Assembly (NCBI GenBank): GCA_964344765.1
Contig: CAYFOM010000019.1
Span: forward strand, 17,879-81,878
Origin: an uncultured Planctomycetales bacterium
GTDB lineage: Bacteria; Planctomycetota; UBA1135
Length of the DNA stretch: 64,000 nucleotides
Direction of reading: 5' to 3'
Both the position numbers and the translations under genes were made by a program. A model generated the notes under the pieces. That model searched no databases, had not been told where the DNA came from, and saw nothing but the letters and a program-made list of their open reading frames with translations. Shown piece after piece: positions 46,361 through 54,882 of this stretch (its first letter is position 1; each line of letters starts with the position of its first letter).

Positions 46361-47742
46361 TGAGTTTCACACCTAAGTGCGCCGCTATTCACGCCGCCGC
46401 TGACCCGGTCCGTGAAGCACTGCAGTCTCTGAGTCGGAATCCCGACGAAATCATCCGCCGCTTCAATCCGGCGTGGATGGCTTGGAACGGCCAACCGGAT
46501 TCGATCTTGAGCGTGGAAGTTTTGCGCGTGCATTACAAGCCGCAGCATCGCGCGCGCATGGTGATCTTATTGCGACTAAAACCACTCGAACCCGGCGGCG
46601 AACCGGTCAATACACGCGTCTATTTACAGTTTTATCCCGATGTGGAAACGGCGCTGCAACGGCAAGTTGCATATCGCCAGAAGCCGTCTAAACCGGCGGC
46701 CGGCCCACCGTCGTTCATCCTTCATGATCTGTGTGCGATTGGCTACACCTTGCCCAACGGCCCGCGCCTGCGCCGATTGGCAATGCTGATGGACGGCGAA
46801 TCCTTTCACAGTTTTTTGAGCAAAAAAGAACTGACCGACTACGCCGCCGACCCGGGTCATAAAAAGCTGCGCGTACTGCGCTACATTCCGCGCAAGCGAG
46901 CCTTACTTTATTTCAAACCGCGCACGCCGGGATTGGCCGCAGCTTATATCAAGCACTTCTGCGTCGATGATTATTTGATCGCCAAAGCGCTGCACAATCG
47001 AATGAATCGAGCGGCAGCCGATGGAGATTTTCAATTTCAACTTCCGCGCGTGTTAGCCCAGGGCAAATTGCGCCGCGTCATCATGCTGGAAGAGTTGCCG
47101 GGCGCGTTGCTCACGAATAGCTACGCCCAGCCCAATGCCGATGCCTGCCATGCAGTTGGCCGGGCGATTGCGTCGCTGCATCAGTCTTCGGTCAAACCCA
47201 AAATCAAGTGGTCTCACAAGCGGGAATTGGCTTGGTTCGACAAAGCTGCCGACGAGATCGTCACCGCGCTTCCCCACCTCAAAGACTCATTGCAGCGCAT
47301 TCATGATTGGCTGGAGGCGAACCGATCGAAATCTAAGGATTACCAACGGCGCCCGATCCATGCGAATTTGTTCGGCGATCAGATTTTGGTGGACGGGAAG
47401 AACGTCGGCATCGTGGATTGGGATGATCTTTCGAAGGGTGACCCCTGCTTTGATGTCGGCCGACTTTTGGCCCATCACTTATATGTCACTCGATGCGTGG
47501 AGCCTAAATCCAATTGGGACAAGACTTTCCAGCATTCCATCCTGAGTGGATACCAGGCAGAGGGCGGCGACAAATTACCGGCGGCGCGGCTGCTTTGGCA
47601 TATAGTTTGTGCGTTACCTCTGCGGGCCAAGATTTCGGCGTTGCGCCAGCTGCCGGAGCAGTGGCCCGCCCACATTGACCGAGCATGTCAATTGGCCGAG
47701 CATCTGATCGCCAACGGCATGCCGGGCCAGGACGATGACTGA
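46360..47742 (+). CDS. Aminoglycoside-phosphotransferase-fold kinase-like protein (atypical catalytic loop)
   Basis: IMLEELPG and PIHANLFGDQILVDGKNVGIVDWDDLSKGDPCFDVGRLLAH show the APH/choline-kinase fold layout. The Brenner motif reads H-A-N instead of H-x-D. ATG 46360 shares one base with the porin TAA. Confidence 0.6.
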   Translation: MSFTPKCAAIHAAADPVREALQSLSRNPDEIIRRFNPAWMAWNGQPDSILSVEVLRVHYKPQHRARMVILLRLKPLEPGGEPVNTRVYLQFYPDVETALQRQVAYRQKPSKPAAGPPSFILHDLCAIGYTLPNGPRLRRLAMLMDGESFHSFLSKKELTDYAADPGHKKLRVLRYIPRKRALLYFKPRTPGLAAAYIKHFCVDDYLIAKALHNRMNRAAADGDFQFQLPRVLAQGKLRRVIMLEELPGALLTNSYAQPNADACHAVGRAIASLHQSSVKPKIKWSHKRELAWFDKAADEIVTALPHLKDSLQRIHDWLEANRSKSKDYQRRPIHANLFGDQILVDGKNVGIVDWDDLSKGDPCFDVGRLLAHHLYVTRCVEPKSNWDKTFQHSILSGYQAEGGDKLPAARLLWHIVCALPLRAKISALRQLPEQWPAHIDRACQLAEHLIANGMPGQDDD

Positions 47743-49456
47743 ACTCACGGCAAGGGAGCAGAAGAAGCGCATTCATGACCGCTGGCGGCGGATTCTGAAA
47801 GCGTTTTTACCCTTTGCCAAGCGTCATCGTCCGCAATTTTTGACCAGCATTCTGTTTGGCCTTGGAGTGGTCGGTTTGCGCTTGGCCCTACCGTGGCCGA
47901 TTCGCAGTCTGCTCGGCCCGTGGCTATCCGCCGATCCGGCCGCCACCGAACCGATGCCCACCGCCGAGTGGTATAGCGATCCATGGGTCGTCGGCGTTCT
48001 GTTGATGGCCATCGTTGTTGGTCTAGGCTTATTTGAATTCCGCCAACGCGTGCACGTGGCCCGCTTTGCCATTGCCTGGGTGCGCGACATCCGCGCCGAC
48101 GCATTTTTTGCCGCCAACCGCATCGATCCACGCGCTCTGCAAACCACATCGGGTGACCTTGTAGCACGACTGGTCGGCGACACCGCGCGCCTGAAAGCCG
48201 GGCTCAAAGGCACGATGACGCACGTCGTGACCAATGGAATTTTCTTCCTCGGGGTCGGCATTCTGATGCTGTGGATCAGCCCACTTCTGGGCGCGATCTT
48301 TTTGGTTGCCGGCGTATTGGTTTTCTTCATCACCTTGCGCGGCGCCGAGAAGCTTTATTTGCAATATTTGCGCTTGCGGAAGAAAGAAGGCAAGCTGGCG
48401 ACGCGCATCGAGCAGGCGGTTTACGCCGGCGATCAGAGCGCTTCGTTCACAAAGGTCAATTACTCCAGCGGTAAACACGAGACCAATGTGGTGCGCATTC
48501 AAGGGCGCACAACTTTGACCTCGCATGCAGTCTTAGGTGTGGCAACGTTGATTGCGCTGGTCATTGGTTTCCAACAACTCGAAGCCAAAGCCATTGACCC
48601 CGGCCATATGTTGATTGCGTTCATTTATATGATCGAATTGCATCGGCCGCTGGTGCGATTGTGCCGCCAAGGCACGCGCATTGGCAAAATGATGGCTTGC
48701 GGCAATCGTTTGGAACGCATTTTGCGCGCCGCCGACAACCCCAAGTACGCGCTTAGTGAGCTACCCGCACTCAGCAAGAAAGTTCGCCTCAAAGCCGCCC
48801 GACTTGAGGACCACGGACGGATTCGGCTGCAGGCGGAGGACGTGCGCTTTTATCGGCGCAAATGCAGCGTGATCATCGGCGCGGCGGGTGCCGGTAAAAC
48901 CACTGCGCTGGACGTTCTTTCCGGCCAGCTTGAGTTGAGTGAAGGCAAGGTGTTGTGGGACAAGCTCAATCTAAGCAAGATGTCGACGCTCGAGATGGCG
49001 AAGCGCATCGCTTACCTCACGGATCAGCCGCAATGGCCGCAACAAAGCTTGCGTAGCTTGCTTGACTTGAAGGACGACCAGCAAGCCAAGTCCGAGGTAT
49101 TTGAACTTTGCGGCCTGCAAAACTGGTTCGCCCAACTATCAAATGGCTTGGACAGCCCGGTTTCGGCGAGTGAATTATCCACTCAACAACGCCACGGATT
49201 AGCACTGGCCAAGCTCCTTCATCAAAACGCCGATTTGGTTTTGTGGGACGACCCCTTCCGTCATTGGTCTGAACCGCAGGTAGTTGCTGCATTAAAGCAC
49301 CTGCGCAACGAATCGCGAGCGATTGTCCTGACCGCCGGCACCGCCCCCACTTTGGAAGGCGTATCCGACCTTCGCCTGCTTCAAATAGAAGCCGGCCTTC
49401 TAACCGAAGCCACCGCCGCCACACCTACTCAACCCGACTCAGCACCTCCTGCTTAG
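47735..49456 (+). CDS. ABC exporter-type fused TMD-NBD protein with degenerate ATPase motifs
   Basis: The N-terminal ~300 aa are multi-helix. Walker A is GAAGAGKTT, the signature-like block is LSTQQRHGLALAKLL, and Walker B is DLVLWDDP (D where the catalytic E is expected). I could find no H-loop His. 8-nt overlap with the kinase-like gene. Confidence 0.7.
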   Translation: MTELTAREQKKRIHDRWRRILKAFLPFAKRHRPQFLTSILFGLGVVGLRLALPWPIRSLLGPWLSADPAATEPMPTAEWYSDPWVVGVLLMAIVVGLGLFEFRQRVHVARFAIAWVRDIRADAFFAANRIDPRALQTTSGDLVARLVGDTARLKAGLKGTMTHVVTNGIFFLGVGILMLWISPLLGAIFLVAGVLVFFITLRGAEKLYLQYLRLRKKEGKLATRIEQAVYAGDQSASFTKVNYSSGKHETNVVRIQGRTTLTSHAVLGVATLIALVIGFQQLEAKAIDPGHMLIAFIYMIELHRPLVRLCRQGTRIGKMMACGNRLERILRAADNPKYALSELPALSKKVRLKAARLEDHGRIRLQAEDVRFYRRKCSVIIGAAGAGKTTALDVLSGQLELSEGKVLWDKLNLSKMSTLEMAKRIAYLTDQPQWPQQSLRSLLDLKDDQQAKSEVFELCGLQNWFAQLSNGLDSPVSASELSTQQRHGLALAKLLHQNADLVLWDDPFRHWSEPQVVAALKHLRNESRAIVLTAGTAPTLEGVSDLRLLQIEAGLLTEATAATPTQPDSAPPA

Positions 49457-49458
49457 CC

Positions 49459-51339
49459 ATGCGCCCTGTTGTCTGGATCGTCTTAGTCCTATACACCGTG
49501 ACCGCCGCGGTTTGGTTTTGGGTGTTTCCGCTATCGAAGAACTTTAGCGCGGTAGACATCACCACCGAGAGCTTGCTGTTCATCGCAGCAATGGTTTCGT
49601 ATGGAATCGTGTTGCGCCACCGCGTCACCATTTTGGAAATCGGTTGGCCGATTTACGGTTATGGCGTGCTGTTCGACTTGCTCGACGAATTCACTCGCGA
49701 CCGAGACTTCTTTAACGATCCGCTTGAAGACGTCTTAAATTCGTTCGGCTTGATTCTGGTTGCCTATGGCTTCTACACGGCATTCCGTGATCGCACTGCC
49801 GAACGCGATGCTCAAATCCAGGCCAAGAGCGCACTAGAAACCGAACGTGGCCGCCTCGACACGATTTTGGGTTCCATCGGCGAGGGCGTTATCGCAACAT
49901 CGGCCGATCAGAAGATCCTGTTTTTGAATTCATCTGCGGCGCAAATTTGTGGTTCGGAACCCGAGGGTTGGGTTGGCCGCCGGATTCAAGAGTTCTTCCC
50001 TTTCGATGAGGTTGGCCGCGCAATGCTGCAAACCGAACTGAAACAGTTCTTCACCGCCCAGCACGAGGCCAGTGCAACCGCAACTCAGTCCTTCCAAATT
50101 GAGCTGAATCAGCGCAAGCGATCCCTGGAGGTAGTTTCCGGCCCCTTACCCAGCAGCGGCGGGGAAGTCGGCAATGCGCTGTATGTATTCCGCGACATCA
50201 CCAGCCGCATGCGCCAGGAACAGGAACTGCTAGATGCCAGCAAAGCCGAATCGATGAAGCTACTCGCAGGTGGAGTCGCTCACGACTTCAACAATGTGCT
50301 GGCTGCCATTCAAAATTGGGTGGCTTTGGGCAAGCTGCATGGCGACAACAAAAAAGACGGCCCCAACGTGATGGAGAAGATCGAATCTGCGTGCAAGCGC
50401 GGCAAGCGATTGGGCACTCAACTCATGTCGCTGGCCAAAGGTGGAGATCCGATCAAAGCACCGGTTGCAATGGAGCAGCTGGTTCGCGACGAAGCCGAGT
50501 TTGCCTTACGCGGATCCGGCGTTCGCGTCTATTTTGAGTTTGAAGACGGCCTGTGGAGCGGCGACGTCGATGCCGGCCAAATCAGCCAGGTCGTCCATAA
50601 CTTGCTGATTAACGCGCGCCAATCCATGCCCGATGGTGGCAAGGTGTGGGTGGAAATGCACAATCACACCGTCACCGAAGACACTGCCGAGGTGGCCGCT
50701 GGGAAGTACATCCAATTGATTGTGCGCGACAACGGCCCGGGAATCCCACTTGAGTTACGCGCGGACATTTTTGAGCCTTATTACACCACCAAAAAGACTG
50801 GATCGGGTTTGGGCTTGGCGGTGAGCAAAACCATCGTCACTCGCCATGGAGGAACCATTCAGGTACGGAGTCCGCAAGGGGGAGGCACTCACTTTGAATT
50901 GCTGTTGCCGGTTAGTTCGGTGGCCGCTGCCAGCGCCCCGGAGAGGCCGCGAACCAAGCCGTTAGGCGGACGCTTATTGCTGGTTGACGATAGCTTCGAT
51001 ATTCGCGAACCGCTTGCCATCAGCTTGCGTGAATGCGGCTATGAAGTTGACGTTTGCGACAGCGGACGACGCGCGGTTGAGCACTACCGCCAGTTCCTTG
51101 CCCTAGGCACCAAAATCGATTTGGTCATCATGGATTTGACCATGCCGGGCGACATCGGCGGCAAAGAGGCGATGGCGCGCATTTTGGCCATTGATCCGAA
51201 CGCCAAAGGCGTCATTGCAAGTGGCTATCACCAAGATCCGGTGATGGCCCAGTTCCGCGAGCATGGATTTCAAGGGGTCATTACCAAGCCATTCCGCTTG
51301 GATTCCCTTATCGACCTGATTGAACGTACCACCCGTTAG
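49459..51339 (+). CDS. Hybrid sensor histidine kinase/response regulator (membrane, PAS, HisKA, HATPase, REC)
   Basis: N-terminal TM helices and a PAS-like region (LDTILGSIGEGVIATSADQKILFLN). H-box GVAHDFNNVL, G-boxes DNGPGI and GSGLGLAV, and a C-terminal REC (LLLVDDS...DLVIMDLTMPG...K). Confidence 0.85.
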   Translation: MRPVVWIVLVLYTVTAAVWFWVFPLSKNFSAVDITTESLLFIAAMVSYGIVLRHRVTILEIGWPIYGYGVLFDLLDEFTRDRDFFNDPLEDVLNSFGLILVAYGFYTAFRDRTAERDAQIQAKSALETERGRLDTILGSIGEGVIATSADQKILFLNSSAAQICGSEPEGWVGRRIQEFFPFDEVGRAMLQTELKQFFTAQHEASATATQSFQIELNQRKRSLEVVSGPLPSSGGEVGNALYVFRDITSRMRQEQELLDASKAESMKLLAGGVAHDFNNVLAAIQNWVALGKLHGDNKKDGPNVMEKIESACKRGKRLGTQLMSLAKGGDPIKAPVAMEQLVRDEAEFALRGSGVRVYFEFEDGLWSGDVDAGQISQVVHNLLINARQSMPDGGKVWVEMHNHTVTEDTAEVAAGKYIQLIVRDNGPGIPLELRADIFEPYYTTKKTGSGLGLAVSKTIVTRHGGTIQVRSPQGGGTHFELLLPVSSVAAASAPERPRTKPLGGRLLLVDDSFDIREPLAISLRECGYEVDVCDSGRRAVEHYRQFLALGTKIDLVIMDLTMPGDIGGKEAMARILAIDPNAKGVIASGYHQDPVMAQFREHGFQGVITKPFRLDSLIDLIERTTR

Positions 51340-51341
51340 GA

Positions 51342-52751
51342 ATGACCTCTCCCTCCGATCCTGGCGCACGCATTCTGCTGGTAGAAGACAATGATCTACT
51401 CGCCGAGGCTTTGTCGTTTCAATTAAGCCACGAAGGCTATCCGTGCAGCATCGCGCCTTCGTTGCGTTCCGCGCGCAGCAAACTGCAAGACCAACCCTTC
51501 GATTTGGTTTTGCTCGACGTCAATTTGCCCGATGGCAACGGCTTTGAATTACTGAGGGAAATCCAACAGCGCTTCGAGGGCGAATTGCCGGTGGTATTGC
51601 TGACCTCATTCGCCAAGGTGGAAGATGCTGTGAGGGCTCTGAAGGAAGGTGCGGCGGATTACATAGTTAAGCCCGACAATCCGCAGGAGGCGATTGCAGT
51701 TCTCAAACGCGTTTTGACCGAATCGGAACGCAATCGGTTACTGAATCTGGCACGAAAACGAGAACAGCAAGGCAAGCCACGCAGCAAAATCCTCGGCGAC
51801 TCGGCACCGATGCGCCGAGTGAAGGATGAAATTCGTCAAATTGCTTCGCTGAACTTGCAGGGCAATGGAACCCGTCCAACTGTTTTGATCCTCGGCGAAA
51901 CCGGCTCCGGCAAAGGCTTGGCGGCTCGTGGAATTCATCACAAGAGCCAGGGCAGTCATGATCGTCCGTTTATCCACGTCGACTGTTCCTCGCTGCCCGA
52001 TACCTTGATCGAATCCGAGCTATTCGGTCATGAAAAAGGCGCATTCACTCAAGCCGACCGCACTCGCACCGGACTGATTGAAGCTGCTGAAGACGGCACC
52101 ATCTTCCTGGATGAGATAGGTGAAGTCTCGCTACCGATGCAGGCCAAGTTGTTGTCGGTGCTCGATCGCCGCATGGTTCGCCGCGTAGGCTCCGACTTGG
52201 AGCGGCCGGTGCGCGCCAGCTTCGTCGCAGCCACGAACCGCGACTTGGAGCAAATGGTGAAACAAGGCGAATTCCGCGCCGACCTGTTTTACCGCCTCAA
52301 CGTCATCACCTTGAATCTGCCGCCGCTGCGCGACCGGGGCGACGACATCCTCCTGCTCGCCCAGCAATTCGCGACGAATGTCGCCCAGCGTTACGCGCTG
52401 GAGCCGCTGATGTTCTCCGAGCGCGCTCAGCGTGCATTGTTGGAATACCGCTGGCCAGGAAACGTGCGTGAACTCAAGCACGTGGTGGAACGAGCGGTGC
52501 TGCTCAGTCCTGGCCAGGACTTTCCGATTCAGCTGCTGGACTCTGCCGATTCATCGGCAATAGAAGGCAAAGATAAGCCTGCTGACTTTGACCTTAAATC
52601 GCACGAAAAGGCGCTGATTCTCGCTGCACTCGAGGCTGAATCCTTCAACATCAGCAGGGCAGCTAAGAAGTTGGGAATTAGCCGGGGCTCGCTGCGCGGC
52701 AAGCTGGTCAAACACGGAATTCAGGTGGACGGCGGCCAGCATGGTGGCTGA
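51342..52751 (+). CDS. Sigma-54-dependent response regulator (NtrC/Fis family: REC, AAA+, HTH)
   Basis: ILLVEDNDLL...LVLLDVNLPDGNG (REC), GETGSGKGLAARGIH (Walker A), ESELFGHEKGAFT (GAFTGA-type sigma-54 contact loop), and C-terminal NISRAAKKLGISRGSLRGKL (Fis-type HTH). Confidence 0.9.
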   Translation: MTSPSDPGARILLVEDNDLLAEALSFQLSHEGYPCSIAPSLRSARSKLQDQPFDLVLLDVNLPDGNGFELLREIQQRFEGELPVVLLTSFAKVEDAVRALKEGAADYIVKPDNPQEAIAVLKRVLTESERNRLLNLARKREQQGKPRSKILGDSAPMRRVKDEIRQIASLNLQGNGTRPTVLILGETGSGKGLAARGIHHKSQGSHDRPFIHVDCSSLPDTLIESELFGHEKGAFTQADRTRTGLIEAAEDGTIFLDEIGEVSLPMQAKLLSVLDRRMVRRVGSDLERPVRASFVAATNRDLEQMVKQGEFRADLFYRLNVITLNLPPLRDRGDDILLLAQQFATNVAQRYALEPLMFSERAQRALLEYRWPGNVRELKHVVERAVLLSPGQDFPIQLLDSADSSAIEGKDKPADFDLKSHEKALILAALEAESFNISRAAKKLGISRGSLRGKLVKHGIQVDGGQHGG

Positions 52752-52778
52752 ATTCAGCCACTTCGGCTAAATTTAGCC
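52745..52778. promoter_or_regulatory. Two perfect palindromes: candidate enhancer (UAS) for the sigma-54 activator
   Basis: TGGCTGAATTCAGCCA (52745-52760, 16 bp, overlapping the activator stop codon) and GGCTAAATTTAGCC (52765-52778, 14 bp). They share the half-site GGCT(G/A)AA, their centres are 19 bp apart, and they lie about 95-115 bp upstream of the -24 element. Confidence 0.55.
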
Positions 52779-52863
52779 AGCAATTTTCCCACCCCTCCAT
52801 ATATAGAACTACCATATCCCCCTACTCCAGGGCGATTTACGAATTCGTGAATTTAGGCGGTAT

Positions 52864-52880
52864 TTGGCATGAATGTTGCC
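52864..52880 (+). promoter_or_regulatory. Sigma-54 (-24/-12) promoter
   Basis: TTGGCATGAATGTTGCC compared with the consensus YTGGCACGrNNNTTGCW. GG (52866-67) and GC (52878-79) have the canonical spacing. It is immediately upstream of the nucleotidyltransferase gene. Confidence 0.65.
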
Positions 52881-52899
52881 TGTAAAGAACTGGCGCCCC

Positions 52900-53751
52900 A
52901 TGCGCAAAGCTATGAGCTTTACTCCCCCCCTCTCCCAATCAGCGCTGGATTCCCCTGTCCCTAAGCAGGCCATTATTTTGGCTGCGGGGACAGGTTCCAG
53001 GCTGGGGCCGTCAGCGTTGGAGAAGCCCAAGTGTTTGTTGCCTTTGGCGCATAAAACTCTGCTCGAGATTCAAATCGAGACCTATCGCAGCCTGGGTGTA
53101 CAGGAAATCTGCGTAGTTGTCGGCTACCGCAAGGAACTGGTCGAACCGGTAGCTCAGCGCTACCCCAATATCACGATCATCGAAAACCCGATTTACGACG
53201 CATCCAACAGCTTGTATTCGCTGTGGCTGACTCGTGATTGGATCCGCGGCGCTTTTGCAGTCTCCAACGCCGATGTGGTTGCCGACCCCGAGATCTTCCG
53301 CCGCATTTTGAGTGCGCCGATGACCTCGCTAGGTGTGGATACCGGCACCGGCTACCACGAAGAGCACATGAAGGTGGAGATCAAAAACGATCGGGTGCGC
53401 TCGATCAGCAAGGGTTTGCCGCCACGCCGCACTCACGGGGAAAACGTCGGCATTTTGTCCATCGCTCAAAACGATGCACGCCCCTTCCTCGAAACCATCG
53501 ATGAAATCGTGCGCCACGGCGGAGAAAACCTGTGGGTTCCCGCCGTCCTCCATCGAATGGTTACCAGCAACCTGATTCAGGTTGCCGCACAAGACATCAC
53601 CGGCCTGCCATGGATCGAAATTGATTTCTGTGGCGACCTGAAAGATGCGCGCAAGGACATCTGGCCGGCCATTGCCCCACAAACTCAGTCTTTACAGGCG
53701 TACCCCACGCCTACTACCCCGCCCCACTTCGCTTCCTCCAAAGCGTCTTAA
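52900..53751 (+). CDS. MobA/LicC-like nucleotidyltransferase (NTP_transf_3 type)
   Basis: AIILAAGTGSRLGPSALEKPKCLLPL is the nucleotidyltransferase G-loop. The track start 52873 lies inside the promoter, so ATG 52900 or 52912 is more plausible. Confidence 0.7.
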   Translation: MRKAMSFTPPLSQSALDSPVPKQAIILAAGTGSRLGPSALEKPKCLLPLAHKTLLEIQIETYRSLGVQEICVVVGYRKELVEPVAQRYPNITIIENPIYDASNSLYSLWLTRDWIRGAFAVSNADVVADPEIFRRILSAPMTSLGVDTGTGYHEEHMKVEIKNDRVRSISKGLPPRRTHGENVGILSIAQNDARPFLETIDEIVRHGGENLWVPAVLHRMVTSNLIQVAAQDITGLPWIEIDFCGDLKDARKDIWPAIAPQTQSLQAYPTPTTPPHFASSKAS

Positions 53752-53763
53752 TCATCTCCCCTC

Positions 53764-54861
53764 ATGACTCAGCCACTCCGAGTTCTGTTTACCGGTTACG
53801 CACCGGTTCACTTCGTTTGCTTCATGCCGCTGTACAAACAATTGGTACAGGAACCCGGCGTTGAACTTCACGTCGCCGGCGGTTTGCGCGAAAAGCGCGA
53901 GGACGGCAACCACCGGTTCCATCTTCACGAGATGTATCGCCCGTTTGGCGTGCCCACTGACCGCATGCTAACCATGGACGAAATCGCCAACCGCGACTTC
54001 GACATCTTGTTCGGCGCCAACACCAAGATGTTGATGCCGCGTAGCGTCAAAAAGAAGATTCAGATCTTCCACGGCGTGTCTTTCCGCAACCGCGCGATTC
54101 GCAAAGAGAACCTTGGTGCCGATTATTTCTTCATGGCCGGCAATTACATGCGCCGCCGCTTCGAAGAAGCCGATTTGCTCGAACCGAACGACCCGCGCGC
54201 CATCAACGTCGGCTTCTTGAAGACCGATGGTTTGGTCGACGGCTCGCTGGACCGCCAATCGCTGCTCGCCAGCTACGGTTTCGACGGCTCGCGTCCGGTG
54301 TTGCTGTACGCACCGACTGGTCAGAAGCACTGCTCGATGGAAACCATGGGTATGGATTTCATCCGCGCCGTTCAAGCAACCAATAGGTACGACTTACTGG
54401 TCAAGCTGCACGATCATCCACACGGCTGCACCGAGAACTGGGCTGCCAAGATCGCCGAACTCGAAAACCAACACACCCGTTTGGTGGAATCGTTCGACGT
54501 CACTCCGTTGCTGTTCCTCAGCGACCTGCTGATTACGGATGCCTCCTCCGTTTCCAGCGAATTCTCACTACTGGACCGCCCGATGGTCTTCCTCGATGTG
54601 CCGAAGCTGCTGAAGAAAGCCGCCAAGAAGGATGGTTCGATGATGGACCTCGCCACTTGGGGCCGCAATGGCGGCGAAATCGTGCCCGATCCGGAAGCTG
54701 CCATCGCCGCCATTGATCACGCTCTGGCGAACCCGGCGGCAAAGTCCGAAATTCGTCGCGAATCGGCGCAGGACCTGTTCTTCAACCCCGGTGCATCGGT
54801 CGACTTCGCGATGGACTGGCTGCGGGACAATTTCATCAATCAGCCGGCGCTCGTTTCCTGA
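53764..54861 (+). CDS. CDP-glycerol/CDP-alcohol glycerophosphotransferase (TagB/TagF family)
   Basis: PVLLYAPTGQK... and LLITDASSVSSEFSLLDRPMVFLD match the TagF-family C-terminal catalytic blocks (LYAPT, ITDYSS-type). Confidence 0.7.
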   Translation: MTQPLRVLFTGYAPVHFVCFMPLYKQLVQEPGVELHVAGGLREKREDGNHRFHLHEMYRPFGVPTDRMLTMDEIANRDFDILFGANTKMLMPRSVKKKIQIFHGVSFRNRAIRKENLGADYFFMAGNYMRRRFEEADLLEPNDPRAINVGFLKTDGLVDGSLDRQSLLASYGFDGSRPVLLYAPTGQKHCSMETMGMDFIRAVQATNRYDLLVKLHDHPHGCTENWAAKIAELENQHTRLVESFDVTPLLFLSDLLITDASSVSSEFSLLDRPMVFLDVPKLLKKAAKKDGSMMDLATWGRNGGEIVPDPEAAIAAIDHALANPAAKSEIRRESAQDLFFNPGASVDFAMDWLRDNFINQPALVS

Positions 54862-54882
54862 GCGCCATTCCCCTCGCTGGCA

